From positions 35,464,001 through 35,528,000 of the forward strand of contig NW_027266266.1 of assembly GCF_022045235.1 (NCBI RefSeq): DNA of 64,000 nt. Direction: 5' to 3'. The stretch comes from Haliotis cracherodii. Taxonomy: Eukaryota. This document shows, one piece after another, positions 27,370-40,024 of the stretch. The notes below the pieces were generated by a model, which was not told where the DNA came from, did no database searches, and saw only the letters and a list, made by a program, of their open reading frames with translations. Position 1 is the first letter of the stretch. Each line of letters opens with the position of its first letter. Both the position numbers and the translations under genes were made by a program.

Positions 27370-28539
27370 ATGAATGAAGAAATTTATTTGAGATTCTTCT
27401 TAATCCTGTTCACGGTAACATTTGGCCGAGGGTTCCCAAACGCTAGCGATCATGTTCGGTTGCTTGGCGACGTCTTGGAGATTACGACACAAGAGTCCGA
27501 CCAGTCCATGACCAGTCCAAGATGGTCAGTATCCACATGTCCATCGACATGAGGTACTTTCGGAGCATCGACAACGTATTTCAGCACCTCTCCTTCTTGG
27601 GCGATCCGGTCCTGTAGTGCTAGGATGAGCTTCTGAAATGGGACCCCTCCAAATATGGAGGCATATTACACCAAATTCCACCATTGCCTGACAGACATGA
27701 GGGAGCCAAGTCTGATCCTCGTGGACAATCTCTCCTTCGACCAATCTTCAGCGGAACAGAACCTTCTCATTGTGTATTCAGACGGTCGGGTACAACTGAT
27801 GAAGAACACGTTTTTTCAGAGTTACTGCCCTTTGGATATGTCGGACTTTCCCTTTGATGAACAAGTGTGTACATTCGAGTTCATCACATCGAACTACTTG
27901 ATTGAACTACATGAAGTCAATCTGACCTTTGATGAAGACTACCTCGCTACTCTTCCAGAAAAATACAGACACGCAGAATGGGTACTGTGTGATGCTAAGT
28001 ACATTCGCTTGCTTGAAAATGATGTTACAGAGCAACGTGATGAAATAAATTTCATACTGAAGCTTCAGAGGGGGTCTTTGTTTTACGTTCTCAACGTTGT
28101 GTCTCCCATCGTCCTCATCTCTATCCTGAACGTCCCCGTGTTCGCTGTTCCACCAGCCTCTTGTCCCTAGCCGTGTTTATGAGTTATATCACCTCGCTTA
28201 CCTACCTCTTCCGACAAACCTTCCCTTCTCATGATCTACCTTACAAGCATGCTTATTTTGAGTGGACTGTCCATCCTTGCTACGGCCATTGTGTCTGCTT
28301 GCCATGGCAAAGTGAAACCTTCGCCCTTCTGCTTTGAGATCCTTGCGAAGAGGTCCAAGAAAAAGGTTTCGTACCCGGGCAACGACGTTGTTGCCAGGGT
28401 TACGTGGAAAGTCGCCAGTAGAATGGTGGACAAGATCTTCTTTTACGTATTTCTCCTGATAATTGTCAGAACGAAAGGTGCGTTTGTCTATTTGTTTGTT
28501 TACACCAACTCCCTTTGTAGCGTTAACTCAAATCTCTGA
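27370..28539 (+). pseudogene. Intronless nicotinic acetylcholine receptor-like (Cys-loop ligand-gated ion channel) pseudogene
   Basis: Collinear motifs across shifting frames: signal MNEEIYLRFFLILFTVTFGRG, YDTRVRPV, *C*DELLKWDPSKYGGI (in-frame TAGs ~27615-27623), EPSLILVDN, Cys-loop YCPLDMSDFPFDEQVC, M1 RGSLFYVLNVVSPIVLISIL, a truncated M2 (LSLAVFMSYIT), M3 LLMIYLTSMLILSGLSILATAIV and M4 WKVASRMVDKIFFYVFLLIIV. Frameshifts occur at about 27480, 27670-27700 and 28160-28200. No introns. Confidence 0.88.
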
Positions 28540-30349
28540 TGTGAAAGGAAAATCCTAAAGCATTGTGTTAAACCAAATTTCCCATTTAGATTTTTCAACC
28601 TATTAGATGGATTTGGATAAATGGTATGTTTCAGTAAATTTTCAATTCGAGGCTCAATAGCAGCGCTTCAAGGATCTCATTACATGTACATCACACCCAT
28701 ATACGCCATATAAGTGCGGTAGTTTCTTTATATTATATAAAGATAAGTATTTCCTCATGTTTAGTCTATCAGTTGACGCCGATATCTTCTGACAATTATT
28801 CACATACTCACTCACTAAAACAAAGGTCAGTTCATATAGCACTGACAGTAATATGTATTCATATTAATATGAGTAACTTATTTGATATTAAGTAAGCTGT
28901 CATACTGACTGACGATATATATGTCCCAAGCGCTCTGGTGCTTGTATTAAAAAGCTTAAAACTTTATCTGCTGTCTAGAGACAAAATACTTTTACCTTTT
29001 TTTACAAACTGAGATATTTATTTGGATATACAGAAGGTGAAATGGATTTTCTACTGCCATGTGTTGTAAGTGCTCCGGTGTAGCAGTTATATGGCGTCCC
29101 TTCCAACCGATTCGTCTGTCCCTCTGCGTCATAGGATGTGACCCCCCTGGAGGAGCACACGGCACACGTTTACACAGACGGGTGGGGCTTACCTTTGTTG
29201 TGTATATGTGTTCAGTTATTTATCAGTTGTTATCAATGCGTCTGTATATTTCAGTAAAACTGCATACAAAGAATACAGAACTGATGGAAATGTTTGTTAT
29301 GTCTTACTTTGTGTAATTCGTTGTTGAGGTAAGACGTGAAAATGTAAAAAAAACCCAGTGAACATAACAGTTTGAAACATCAATAAAAGAGCGTTATTGG
29401 AATATACAACCGTCCGTGTGCGTTGTTTAGAGTAATATCGATGATGTTGATGTTCCTGTAAGTTGAAAACAAAACGATCTTGCCTGAAGGAATGTGAATA
29501 CATTCCGGGAGATTGTTGGGGTGGTGGAAAACAGTGAGAGATGCCCGCTCACATATACCGGGTAAATGACCCTGGTTACCCTGTCATTTCAAGTGGATTG
29601 GCTGAAACGTCACCATAATGGCTTCTGACAAAAATGATTTCCTAATAATTATTCTCGGATTGACAAATACATAACTATAATATACCTTGATTGTATACAA
29701 CCCATCCCAACATCCATCTCATCAGGTGAGTTTTCCGGGAGAACGGGGTTTCACAATAATACGCCAATACTTCCTTAGATGTTTTAATGTCAATAAACTC
29801 GTTACTGTACTTTTATAGAGTTTCTCTAATTGATTTACGTAAGTAAGTTTTTGACTGGTTAAAGCGGTGGTTGTGTGCTCTGCTGGGAGTATTAGATATA
29901 TACAGCGCGTCATTAGGTCAATATGTACGCCCCTCTTATCCCCTTCAGCTCTTTGTTCAACCTTTACGGTATTTGCAGTCGTGTGAGCAAACATTGAAGT
30001 GCAGGTTGCTGAGTTGACAAAAAACATCGTGCGTGTCAATATTTGCTACATCCACTGCGTATGCGACTAGCATAGGCGATTTCGACTAGGAACTCGTGTT
30101 ATCGAGTGAGAGAAAGAGTATTTTGGTTTACTTCCGCTTTTAATATTATGTAGAACATCGCTTTAATGTAGGATGAAGCAAATGGTGACGGAGATCGCAG
30201 ATGCTTCCTGTTTTGATGTGGATGAATCACGCATACTGATTGCAGTGAACGGAATTCGGATGGTGTCGGCACCCAATCACAGTGTCTTTGACAATCACTG
30301 CTCAGGGTGTAATTGTGAAACGTAGAACATTGTGGTTTGCAACTTTGCA

Positions 30350-30535
30350 GGTTGTTTGTTTATGTTTGTTTTGCAATATTTCATCTGTATGACGGCGGTA
30401 TGTAAATAATCGAGTCTGGTGATCGATATTATGAGCAACGATCCACGCCATCGTTCGATGATACACAATCCACCAAGTGGCCGAGGCTGATCACCGAGTA
30501 CGTTCCTCGAGTACCTGTTCTAACCTGGAATCCCC
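30350..30535 (-). mobile_element. SINE family 2 fragment
   Basis: gtttgtttatgtttg...gacggcggtatgtaaataatcgagtctgg...atgagcaacgatc. Confidence 0.55.
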
Positions 30536-31374
30536 ACTGGGGTGGAGTTAGTGTCACCTATTTTCAACGATTACACTGTCAAGGTTCACTGTCGTAATTG
30601 GGCATTGTCAAATAGTACATTTATCAGAGAGCAGGGAATCAAGAAAACCCAAACGTATTACCATCATACTCGGAAGGACCATTGGATTCGACCCCATGAC
30701 AAGTGTTCCTCCGGATACTCCTATACTGCAGTGATTTCGCCATATTCGAATTTCATTAAATTTCAGAGATGATTATTTTGATGCGCGTCATCGCTTGTAT
30801 GATACAAATCATTACTTTTGATGAGGTCACGGACAAGGGCCTGAGGTGGTCTGACCGGACCGAGGTCGCAGGACAAGGGGTCGGGTCAGAGGTTATCCAT
30901 CAAGAGTATGAAACCTTTAAATCGTCCTCTCTTTCATAACGGTAACTTACAAATGTAGCTGCGAAACGTTAGAACAAGACGCCATCTTGTTTCCTAGCTA
31001 CACGAGTTAATATTTATCACGTGACGGGTCAATACTCATCATGTGACGAGTAAATATTGAAGGTCAGTGTCAGTCACATGAATTGGGGGCTCTCCATTTA
31101 AATCTATTGTTTCGTCACGTGGTAAGGATTAACCAATGGAATTGCAAGATTCTAAATGGAGGTTTAACAACAGGAAGTGCTATCCAAACGCCGTGATATT
31201 TAAATAAAAACAATCATGATAAACCGGCCAAGAGGGCCATATATGTCCATCTGTTGGCGTTGTTGTACGACCTTTGTTTATCAATCAGGGCCTAATTACT
31301 GAACTGTTTTTAAAGTATATACATGTCAAACATATTCATATTCACTACGAGTATTTAATGATGAAACATACAGG

Positions 31375-31624
31375 AATTACTTACGCCGCTTTTATGATGC
31401 TAGCTTACGGAGAGAGCATGCCGCCGTGTAGCATGAATACCCCGCTCAGACACACTATACCGATTCCGAGGCGACCAGTCCTTGTTTCTCTCCTTACTGC
31501 GAAGCGCCAGGCAGGGTAACAACAAGCATCATTTTGAACGCCTTTCGGTAAGTCTCGGCTACAGGCTTGAACCACCGACCTTCCGCTCAAAGGGCAGACG
31601 CTCTACCCACTAGACCACTAGGCG
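31375..31624 (-). mobile_element. tRNA-derived SINE, family 1 (diverged)
   Basis: Reverse complement of the head (ctctacccactagaccac) and core (cagggtaacaacaag; ctcagacacactatac). Confidence 0.7.
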
Positions 31625-32289
31625 AGTGAACATGGGAACATGTTGCATAGTCCCTCATTAAGGTCACGAAGGCGTCTTTCAGACATATAATATGAAAGTA
31701 TGAAAGGTCGAAGAATTGAAACTTTCCTTTCTTTTATGTATTTTCTGAACACACTCGATGCGATGACATGTTGTATACAATTGAGAGCATGCTGCACGAC
31801 TAGTGACCAGCACCATCTATTACTAGATTGATCTAAACCTCACAACGAGTTAAACAAGAGTGAAATGACTCCAACTTGCCAATACAATTAAAAGTAAGCC
31901 CAGCGTATTAGATCTTATTAGTGTGTGCAACTCTAAAACCCATCACGACGAGCCCCTCTCGTGGACTACAATCATGTAGGTGGTTTCGAAATGCATATCT
32001 ATATACCTGCGTGACAGCGTTATAGCGAGGAAGCACCGTGAAATGCCGAAAACTATTTCATAGGATCATGGTAAACAAAACGCGTATTTAACAACGTATG
32101 GTGCTTCAACGATCGCTTTTGGGTGCGATCAGATAAGTATTCCTAAGCTGTTGTATTGCCATACATGATTGTATTCAGGAGGTCGCGGAGTGGACGTTCC
32201 CAGGTGCGTTGATGTTGAGACAGGGTGGAGTAGACGTGGATGAGTGTAATGAAATATTTATTTACGTTATCCCCACCAGAAGATGGACT

Positions 32290-32350
32290 CACCCAAGCGG
32301 GTACAGACAGTCTTTCACTGACTGGTCTGAAACAGGGCAATCAGACATTG
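32290..32350 (+). other. Probable 5' (largely untranslated) first exon of EF-hand paralogue B; start approximate
   Basis: The ATG at 32899 directly follows an acceptor (ttatttctgatag), so an upstream exon is required. A consensus donor TTG|GTGAGT lies at 32350/32351. Confidence 0.5.
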
Positions 32351-32898
32351 GTGAGTCGACATTCAATCTTCCTACTTCTTTTCATCAGTAGATATTCTTC
32401 TGCAACCAAACAAGGGAATGGCAGTGATCGTGTTCTTCTCTATCAAAATTATTTTTTAAACACGTAACTCAAAACTATTCTTTTTTAAAGGTTTAAACAA
32501 AACTGTATTTGCGTCTAACCAGACAAGTATCCTAATTTGAATTCTTAAACTTTTCATATGTTTAATATCAAACTTAAAACAGATTTCAGACTAATGTTTT
32601 TTCAGTCCATATTAGAGTCGTACATCCGAAGGGATATCGACGAGTGACTTTCTTTGTGGGGCATTAATACAGTAAAAGTCAACTCGACAAGCGCCTGTGT
32701 GTACTGTTAGAAGACATTCAAATCTTTACAAGAATACAGTCCATATTTTGATAACCATTACCAATTAACAGTTATCAGTAAATTCACATGATCGCAGTTA
32801 CGCTGGTCTTGTGTAGACATGTTAAATTTGAAAATTGTTTAGTTAGAACTGTTTTAGTGAACTGTATATTATTAACAACTTATACTTATTTCTGATAG

Positions 32899-35800
32899 AT
32901 GATGTTGAGAACAGCAGTGATTTTGTCTTTCGTGGCAGTGACGGGGGCGTTTCTGTACGACTCTAGCGGAGGGTAAGTACATTCGCATACATCTTATTCC
33001 TTATTTCTTGAGAGTGTTCTTTATGATCAGATAGAATATGAATCTAACATAATTGCATCATCATATTTACAAATACACGCATTCTTCCTAATTCTGGTTA
33101 ATTGACTTTTAAATCAAGTGTCTTAGAATAACGGACAAGCTGTTTTTCACTAGGCAGAGCGTAGCTACACAAACACAAGGCAGAGCGTAGCTACACAAAC
33201 ACAAGGCAGAGCGTAGCTACACAAACACTGAGCAGAGTGTAGCTACCCAAACACAAGGCAGAGCGTAGCTACACAAACACAAGGCAGAGCGTAGCTACAC
33301 AAACACAAGGCAGAGCGTAGCTACACAAACACTAGGCAGAGCGTAGCTACACAAACACTAGGCAGAGCGTAGCTACACAAACACAAGGCAAAGCGTAGCG
33401 ACACAAACACTAGGCAGAGCGTAGCGACACAAACACAAGGCAGAGCGTAGTGACACAAACACAAGGCAGAGCGTAGCGACACAAACACTAGGCAGAGCGT
33501 AGCGATACAAACACAAGGCAGAGCGTAGCGACACAAACGCAAGGCAGAGCGTAGCTACCCACACACAAGGCAGAGCGTAGCTACACAAACACAAGGCAGA
33601 GCGTAGCTACCCACACACAAGGCAGAGCGTAGCTACACAAACACTGAGCAGAGCGTAGCTACACAAACACTAAGCAGAGCGTAGCGACACAAACACTAGG
33701 CAGAGCGTAGCTACACAAACACTAGGCAGAGCGTAACTACACAAAGACTAGGCAGAGCGTAGCTACACAAACACTAAGCACAGCGTAGCTACACAAACAC
33801 AAGGCAGAGCGTAGCTACACAAACACTAGGCAGAGCGTAGCGACACAAACACTAGGCAGAGCGTAACTACACAAAGACTAGGCAGAGCGTAGCTACCCAC
33901 ACACAAGGTAGAGCGTAACTACACAAACACTAGGCAGAGCGTAGCTACACAAACACTAGGCAGAGCGTAGCTACACAAACACAAGGAAGAGCGGTGCTAC
34001 ACACACACTAAGCAGAGCGAAGCTACACACACACAAGGCAGAGCGTAGCTACAAAAAACACAAGGCAGAGCGTAGCTACACAAACACAAGACAGAGCGTA
34101 GCTACACAAACACAAGGCAGAGCGTAGCTACACAAACACTAAGCAGAGCGTAGCTACACAAACACTGAGCAGAGCGTAGCTACACAAACACTAGGCAGAG
34201 CGTAGCTACACAAACACAAGGCAGAGCGTAGCTACACAAACACAAGGCAGAGCGAAGCTACACAAACACAAGGCAGAGCGTAGCTACACAAACACAAGGA
34301 AGAGCGGGGCTACACAAACACTAAGCAGAGCGTAGCTACACACACACAAGGCAGAGCGTAGCTACAAAAACACAAGGCAGAGCGTAGCTACACAAACACA
34401 AGACAGAGCGTAGCTACACAAACACAAGGCAGAGCGTAGCTACACAAAGACTAAGCAGAGCGTAGCTACACAAACACAAGGCAGAGCGTAGCTACACAAA
34501 CACTAGGCAGAGCGTAGCTACACAAACACAAGGCAGAGCGTAGCTACACAAACACAAGGCAGAGCGAAGCTACACAAACACAAGGCAGAGCGTAGCTACA
34601 CAAACACTGAGCAGAGCGTAGCTACACAAACACAAGGCAGAGAGTAGCTACACAAACACAAGGTAGAGCGTAGCTACACAAACACAAGGCAGAGCAAGAG
34701 TTCCAGCTTTAGTAACGATAAAGTCTCACAAGGATGTCAGCTGTAGTTAAGATACATTGTCACAAGTCACAAAAGTTCCGGCTTAAGTAATGGTAGCGTC
34801 TCACAGGTGACAAGAGTATCAGATTTAGTAACGATAAAGTCTCACAAGTGACAAGAGTGTCAGCTATAGTAACGATAAAGTAAATATTTCAAAGACTTTT
34901 TTTGTTATGGAGGACATTAATTATAACTGTAATTAGTTAATTCTGTCTTCACACAACCACAAAAACTGAGAAACTTAATCAAAAAGACATAGACACATTT
35001 AATAAAAAATACAAATTCAACTTGAACCCACAGTGGAACTACTTATATTAATATGACCATCACGTGGCTCGACGCACAAACCTGAACGCAGTGGGTTCTC
35101 TCAACATCACAGTACGTGTTTCCTCTCAAGCAATTTTTGAAACATGTTTTAAACATCGGTCGTGATGATAGACATGCACGATCCTTGTGCGGTGGGATCT
35201 GGCGGTACACGGACCATGGGGAAAGGATAGGAAAAATCACTACTCAGCACCATGTGTGTCAAATGTTCGTCTGGCTTTCAGTTTCTGTTGCAACCCACCA
35301 AAGTCATTGGAAGAGAAGATCGATAGAATCCTTGACTTCAACGACAATGATGGCGACGGAATCATGACCCCCCAGGACCTAGACCGTGATCTCATCCTGT
35401 ACGACATCAACGGTAGGCATTCGTAACCAACTCGTGTTATTCCGGGACAAGCCGAATAGCGACTCGTGCCTCTCTCGTGGCCATTAAGCGACTGGGTTCC
35501 GTCCAAGCGTAAAGGGGCATAGCTAAAATTATTGTCAACCCGCTGCTAATGATTCACGTGTATTTACCCCCCCCCCCCCCAATCATATATATATATTCCA
35601 GAAGCTGTTTAAAACACATCGGGACCTACGGCATTTTACAGTATGATTGAACGCATTTAACTGTATCTTAGGGATAATTTTAAATGCAAGACATATGTAA
35701 AATCATAAATTATTTGTACGATGCCATTGCAGGATGAAACATCCAACAAGTTAAAGGCTCGGCATTTATCGTTTACATTCGAAAAAAGGCGATTGACAAG

Positions 35801-38800
35801 TCGTTTTCTATGCATACAAATCAGATTATGCTTATCTGAATGCTTCACTCTCACGTACCGAAGAAGCATCGATGCTGATAGGCTGATGAGAGTGCCGAGC
35901 CGACTCGTGAAGGTTCGGTTTACAATTGGTTATGCAAGAGGCGACTAACGGGAGCGGGTGGTCAGGCTCGCTGACTTGGTTGATGCTTGTCATAATATTC
36001 CAATTACGTGGATTGAGGCTCATATCAATCTCTGGATTGTCTGGTCCAGACTCGATTATTGACAGAACGACGTTATATAGTAGGAATATTACAGAAGCGT
36101 TAACCAACCAACCAAACAAATAAACAAAGAAATCAAGCCGAGTGGTACTGTGTCCGAGTAAACATTCTGACTGTATCAAATAACAATGGAGTTGTGTTAT
36201 GTTGTGGTTAAGTTACAGCAGTGTCACGTATATGAATCGGGTTTAGCCCCGTTTTGAGCAACATTTTAGTTATCTCGTCAGGTGGCACCTTACTGGGAGA
36301 CACTGTTCAATCACGTTTGGTAATTATTTAAACCATGACTTCTTTGTTTAAACGGGAATTGACTAATTAATGTGTTGATTAAACTTGGCAATGACGAAAA
36401 TGCTATTTTCTATCAGTGACTTAGATGATAATGTAACCTTATAAAATGCATGAGTCACCAGCGCGATCCAACCTCTGGACTCTATACTGCAGGCTACCCT
36501 ATGTTTTCGCCTTCCGACATGACCTTGGTACCTACATCAGATAAATAGATAATCTGTCTTTGAATGGGGACGTTTAAATTGTGTTTTACTCAGTATGTTA
36601 TTTTATACATTGAACGTACATTTGGCAGCCGTTTTGGTTAATGAAACAGAGAAAAATAATCTTTGCTTAATCATGGCCATGTGAGCTCATACTGGATCCG
36701 TCAACATGGGCGAGTAATATTTACGTTGATGATCTGCCGAGCTGTACCAATATGAAGGATATAAAACTGTATATAGTCACGAGTAACGTCATTCCCCGGA
36801 GGATTCATTTCAGACGACTGCAGCGTGTCACGGTTTGAGTGGGCAGCTGTGTGGTCATGTCGTTATGGAGACACGCCAGACAAGGCAGTCGAGATTTTCA
36901 ACATGATATCACAGGGTGAACCATCCATCAGCTTCAAGACAATGAGAGCGACCGCAAGTAAGGATTGGATTAAGTCAAATGTATCGTATATTTCTTGTTT
37001 ACATCGAAATGAAGCCTCATACTCCCCTCGCGATAATGAGAGTTTTCATGGACTCAAAGCTTACCTCAATTTAGACACTGACATGTGAGTCGATGTATAG
37101 TCAAACACGAACCGTTACACGGTACCTTCCTCATATTGGAAATATGATAATTAGCTAAACGTGACACTTACCTCACAGTTTATTCGAAATTCTCGGCATT
37201 CGACACATCCATCTCATCGGGAACAGCTAGGTATGAATGAAGGGAGGAACCGGTCAGAGCCGGACATTCGGTCAAACACAAATTCGTCATGACGGTTTGA
37301 CTGTATTCGTTGCCTATCTGTGACGTCATCGGTCTTAATCAGAAATGAGCTTCATCTGATATAAAATAATTATCCAAATCTTGTCGTCTTAAAATAAACC
37401 AATACACCATCTTGACCAAAGAAATGAATAGAAGGTGGCTCGAATAACTTCTAATTTGAACCCCACCCGACGGGGCACAATCTCATATATTCATAAAAAA
37501 ACACCGCTAGAAATGTCCAGAACAAGTCATTGCACAAATAGGTTTCAAAAGAGATTTTATTTTCAATTATCGTCCATCGTCCCATACTACACCGTTGCCT
37601 TTGAAATGAAGATCTGTTTCTGCAATAATCTACCACAACTGAGGCACGCTGTCTTCAGAAAGAAGGCTTTTTTTTATTTTTCAGAGAATACTACAAGAGC
37701 TGATTTCGAAACGCGCGTTAGAGCGGTGAGTACATGCGTTTGGAGGTGATTGCCAAAGACGGGCCAAAGTTGTATTGGCTAATTACTCCATTATCGGTGA
37801 CCATATTTACATATTATTGATGCAACATACACACATGACATTACTGAACAATCACCAACCAAAAACGTGCACCATAATTATGTGATTCGGAGTAAATCGC
37901 TTGAAAACCAGAAAGTGGGGCTGTGTGTAAGCGTTGCAGATCTAGATAACATGTAAAAGAGCAATCGTTAAACGAAATAGGATTTTAAACGTATCAAATA
38001 TTTCTAGATATCGTGATACTAATTTCAATTTGTCGGCATAGTGTTTACATTTATAGGATATACCATGAATACTAATGTCACTGTTTATCGTATTTAAAGC
38101 AGACACGTTGGTTAAAGTAGACCTCTTATCTCCATAATCACAACAGTCTCACAAATGTTGGGTCCGACTCATCTTCCCGAGGCAAGTGAGTTAACTGACT
38201 ATAAAAGTCCAGTTTCCACCCTTGCCGAACTAGGCTGGTATTATAGAGTTACATTTTGGCTGGACTAACGAGTCTATGCATAGTCCAATCAAAATCGCGC
38301 ACCGAAATCGAAATCCGGTTCGTAAGGTGTCATGCAGATTTCGGTCGACTGCAGGATTTGCAAAGCATGTGCACCGCTAACTCGTTGTCAGCAGAGATTG
38401 TCTAAATCTTTTCATGCCCATAATCAAGGTGCTCACGTGATTTGATGCACTTCGCGATGTAAGACTCGTTTTATCACAATACAGATCTTGATTATCGATC
38501 AGATCGTCTTGACTGGGCGCCACCGTTTTGTTTGAAGCAAATGCAAGTGATACGAGAGGTTGAATCTGATTGGTCAAAAGGAGAGGCATAGAAAGGACAT
38601 AACTCGTAATAGCCACTGGTGGCGCTACGATCGAGCCCAGGAATTCCAGACTAGTTCGGCAAGGGTGGAAACTGGACTTTTAAAGTCAGTTAACTCTCTT
38701 GCCTCGGGAAGATGGGTCCGACTTGGCCCGGACTGTCAAAATCACACAGATGTATCAACAAATGTGTTTTCATCTATAGATTAGTATTATATCTACCTAT

Positions 38801-39318
38801 ATACCAGTTTACAGTGTCTCAGATCGCGGTAATTAAAAACAGTTAGGTGCTCAAAGTGAAGCCTGTTTCCCTCCCACCTGTCACGTGTCAGTACCGTTAT
38901 TCCGTTCGACTTATTCAATGAAAAAACATGGTTACTTCTTATATTGAAGCTTATCTCAATGAAGTTGTTCTGGAAGTATGATGTTAACGGCTTCGAGCAC
39001 CCACGTAGATACAGTGTGTGAGGCCAGTGTGCAGTGTCATCTGCGGGGAACTGGTAATTCTGTCTCCTTAGACGCTTCAATACGCTGTTCTGAGAATCCT
39101 ACAATCTTCGGTTCGATTCCTGGTTTGTCAGCACCAAATCCATGCTCGTGGATTTCACCATAGTGGTAAACGTCTAAGATCTGCATCAAGATGACTCACC
39201 GTAATATAACTGGAATGCGAATGGAATGGAAAGCGAATTAAAACCACACTGACGCACTCATTCATATGTGTCTCATGTTTTTCAGTTCTACTCTGATCCA
39301 GCCACACCCAGGCGATGA
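32899..39318 (+). CDS. Secreted two-EF-hand Ca2+-binding protein, paralogue B (140 aa); coding exons 32899-32972, 35282-35412, 36814-36957, 37685-37725, 39286-39318
   Basis: All introns are GT..AG, phases 2,1,1,0, and the joined CDS is 423 nt and open: MMLRTAVILSFVAVTGAFLYDSSGGFCCNPPKSLEEKIDRILDFNDNDGDGIMTPQDLDRDLILYDINDDCSVSRFEWAAVWSCRYGDTPDKAVEIFNMISQGEPSISFKTMRATAKNTTRADFETRVRAFYSDPATPRR*. It has a signal peptide and EF loops DNDGDGIMTPQD and DINDDCSVSRFE. The last two coding exons are 41 and 33 nt, exactly as in paralogue A. Confidence 0.9.
33148..34696. repeat. 26-bp intronic minisatellite (ggcagagcgtagctacacaaacacaa)n, ~59 copies, followed by a few ~38-bp degenerate repeats to ~34880
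   Basis: Direct periodicity within the first coding intron of paralogue B. Confidence 0.95.
35900..36127 (+). mobile_element. SINE family 2
   Basis: aagaggcgactaacgggagcgggtggtcaggctcgctgacttggttga...ggattgtctggtccagactcgattatt...gcgttaaccaaccaaccaaac. Confidence 0.75.
38170..38714. mobile_element. Non-autonomous DNA transposon (MITE) with ~64-bp TIRs and 9-bp TSD (Mutator-like), in the last intron of EF-hand paralogue B
   Basis: TIR catcttcccgaggcaagtgagttaactgactataaaagtccagtttccacccttgccgaactag, with its reverse complement (2 mismatches) ending at 38714. Flanked by the direct repeat GGTCCGACT at 38161-38169 and 38715-38723. Confidence 0.88.
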
Positions 39319-39636
39319 CCCACCAGTCACCCAAGACATTAACCGCCTATGCAGACGTGTGTACCTTTGTAAACAAGAGCAAACAAACACCTTTCATACG
39401 TTATCGTTCTTTGTCCTTGGCTTATCAGTGAGGTAATAATTACGTCGCATGAGACATTTTCCAGCTGTATGTCGAGGAAGACTTCAGTCATCAGGACGAT
39501 GCTATTTATATCAGGGACGACCAAAGGACCAAGGTTTTGGAAAACAGTCAACCTTATGATGTTGTGGTATATTGTGGTTAAAAATGACATCGTCAGTGTC
39601 TTTACAGACTCTTTGACCTTGACGTTTAGTTATTTA

Positions 39637-39916
39637 GAGTGAGTGGGTGGTGTTTAATGTCGCGATTATGTAGCGACGTGCATGCACGCGTGTGTGTGGC
39701 TGCTTGTACTAGTCCGGACTAATGCCGATCTTACAGAGCTAGCCCACTGAGATACCATGCCGCAATTTAACATGAGTACCCCACTTAACCCCTGAATGTC
39801 GAGCTCCAGGCTGGGTAACGTCTTTTAACGACTTTTGCTATGACGCGGCCGGGAATCGAACCCCCGACCTTCCACTCTCCGGGCAGACACTCTACCACTA
39901 GACCACGGATGCGGCC
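39637..39916 (-). mobile_element. tRNA-derived SINE, family 1
   Basis: Reverse complement: ggctgcttgtactagtccggactaatgccgat ... gaatcgaacccccgaccttcc ... ctctaccactagaccacgg. Confidence 0.8.
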
Positions 39917-40024
39917 CAACTGTGATTCGAATCCACGATCATCGGATTCTGGATCGTCTCAGGCAATTCTGGCGTGTTAGACGACTGCATCACTCATGCC
40001 CTAAGTGTAATGCAGGACATTTCC

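Noticed and set aside
37179-37230. Alternative exon candidate in paralogue B (cctcacag|TTTATTCG...GCTAG|gtatga)
   Set aside because: It ends in phase 2, incompatible with the downstream exons, and has no counterpart in paralogue A. The 37685-37725 exon matches in size, phase and sequence.
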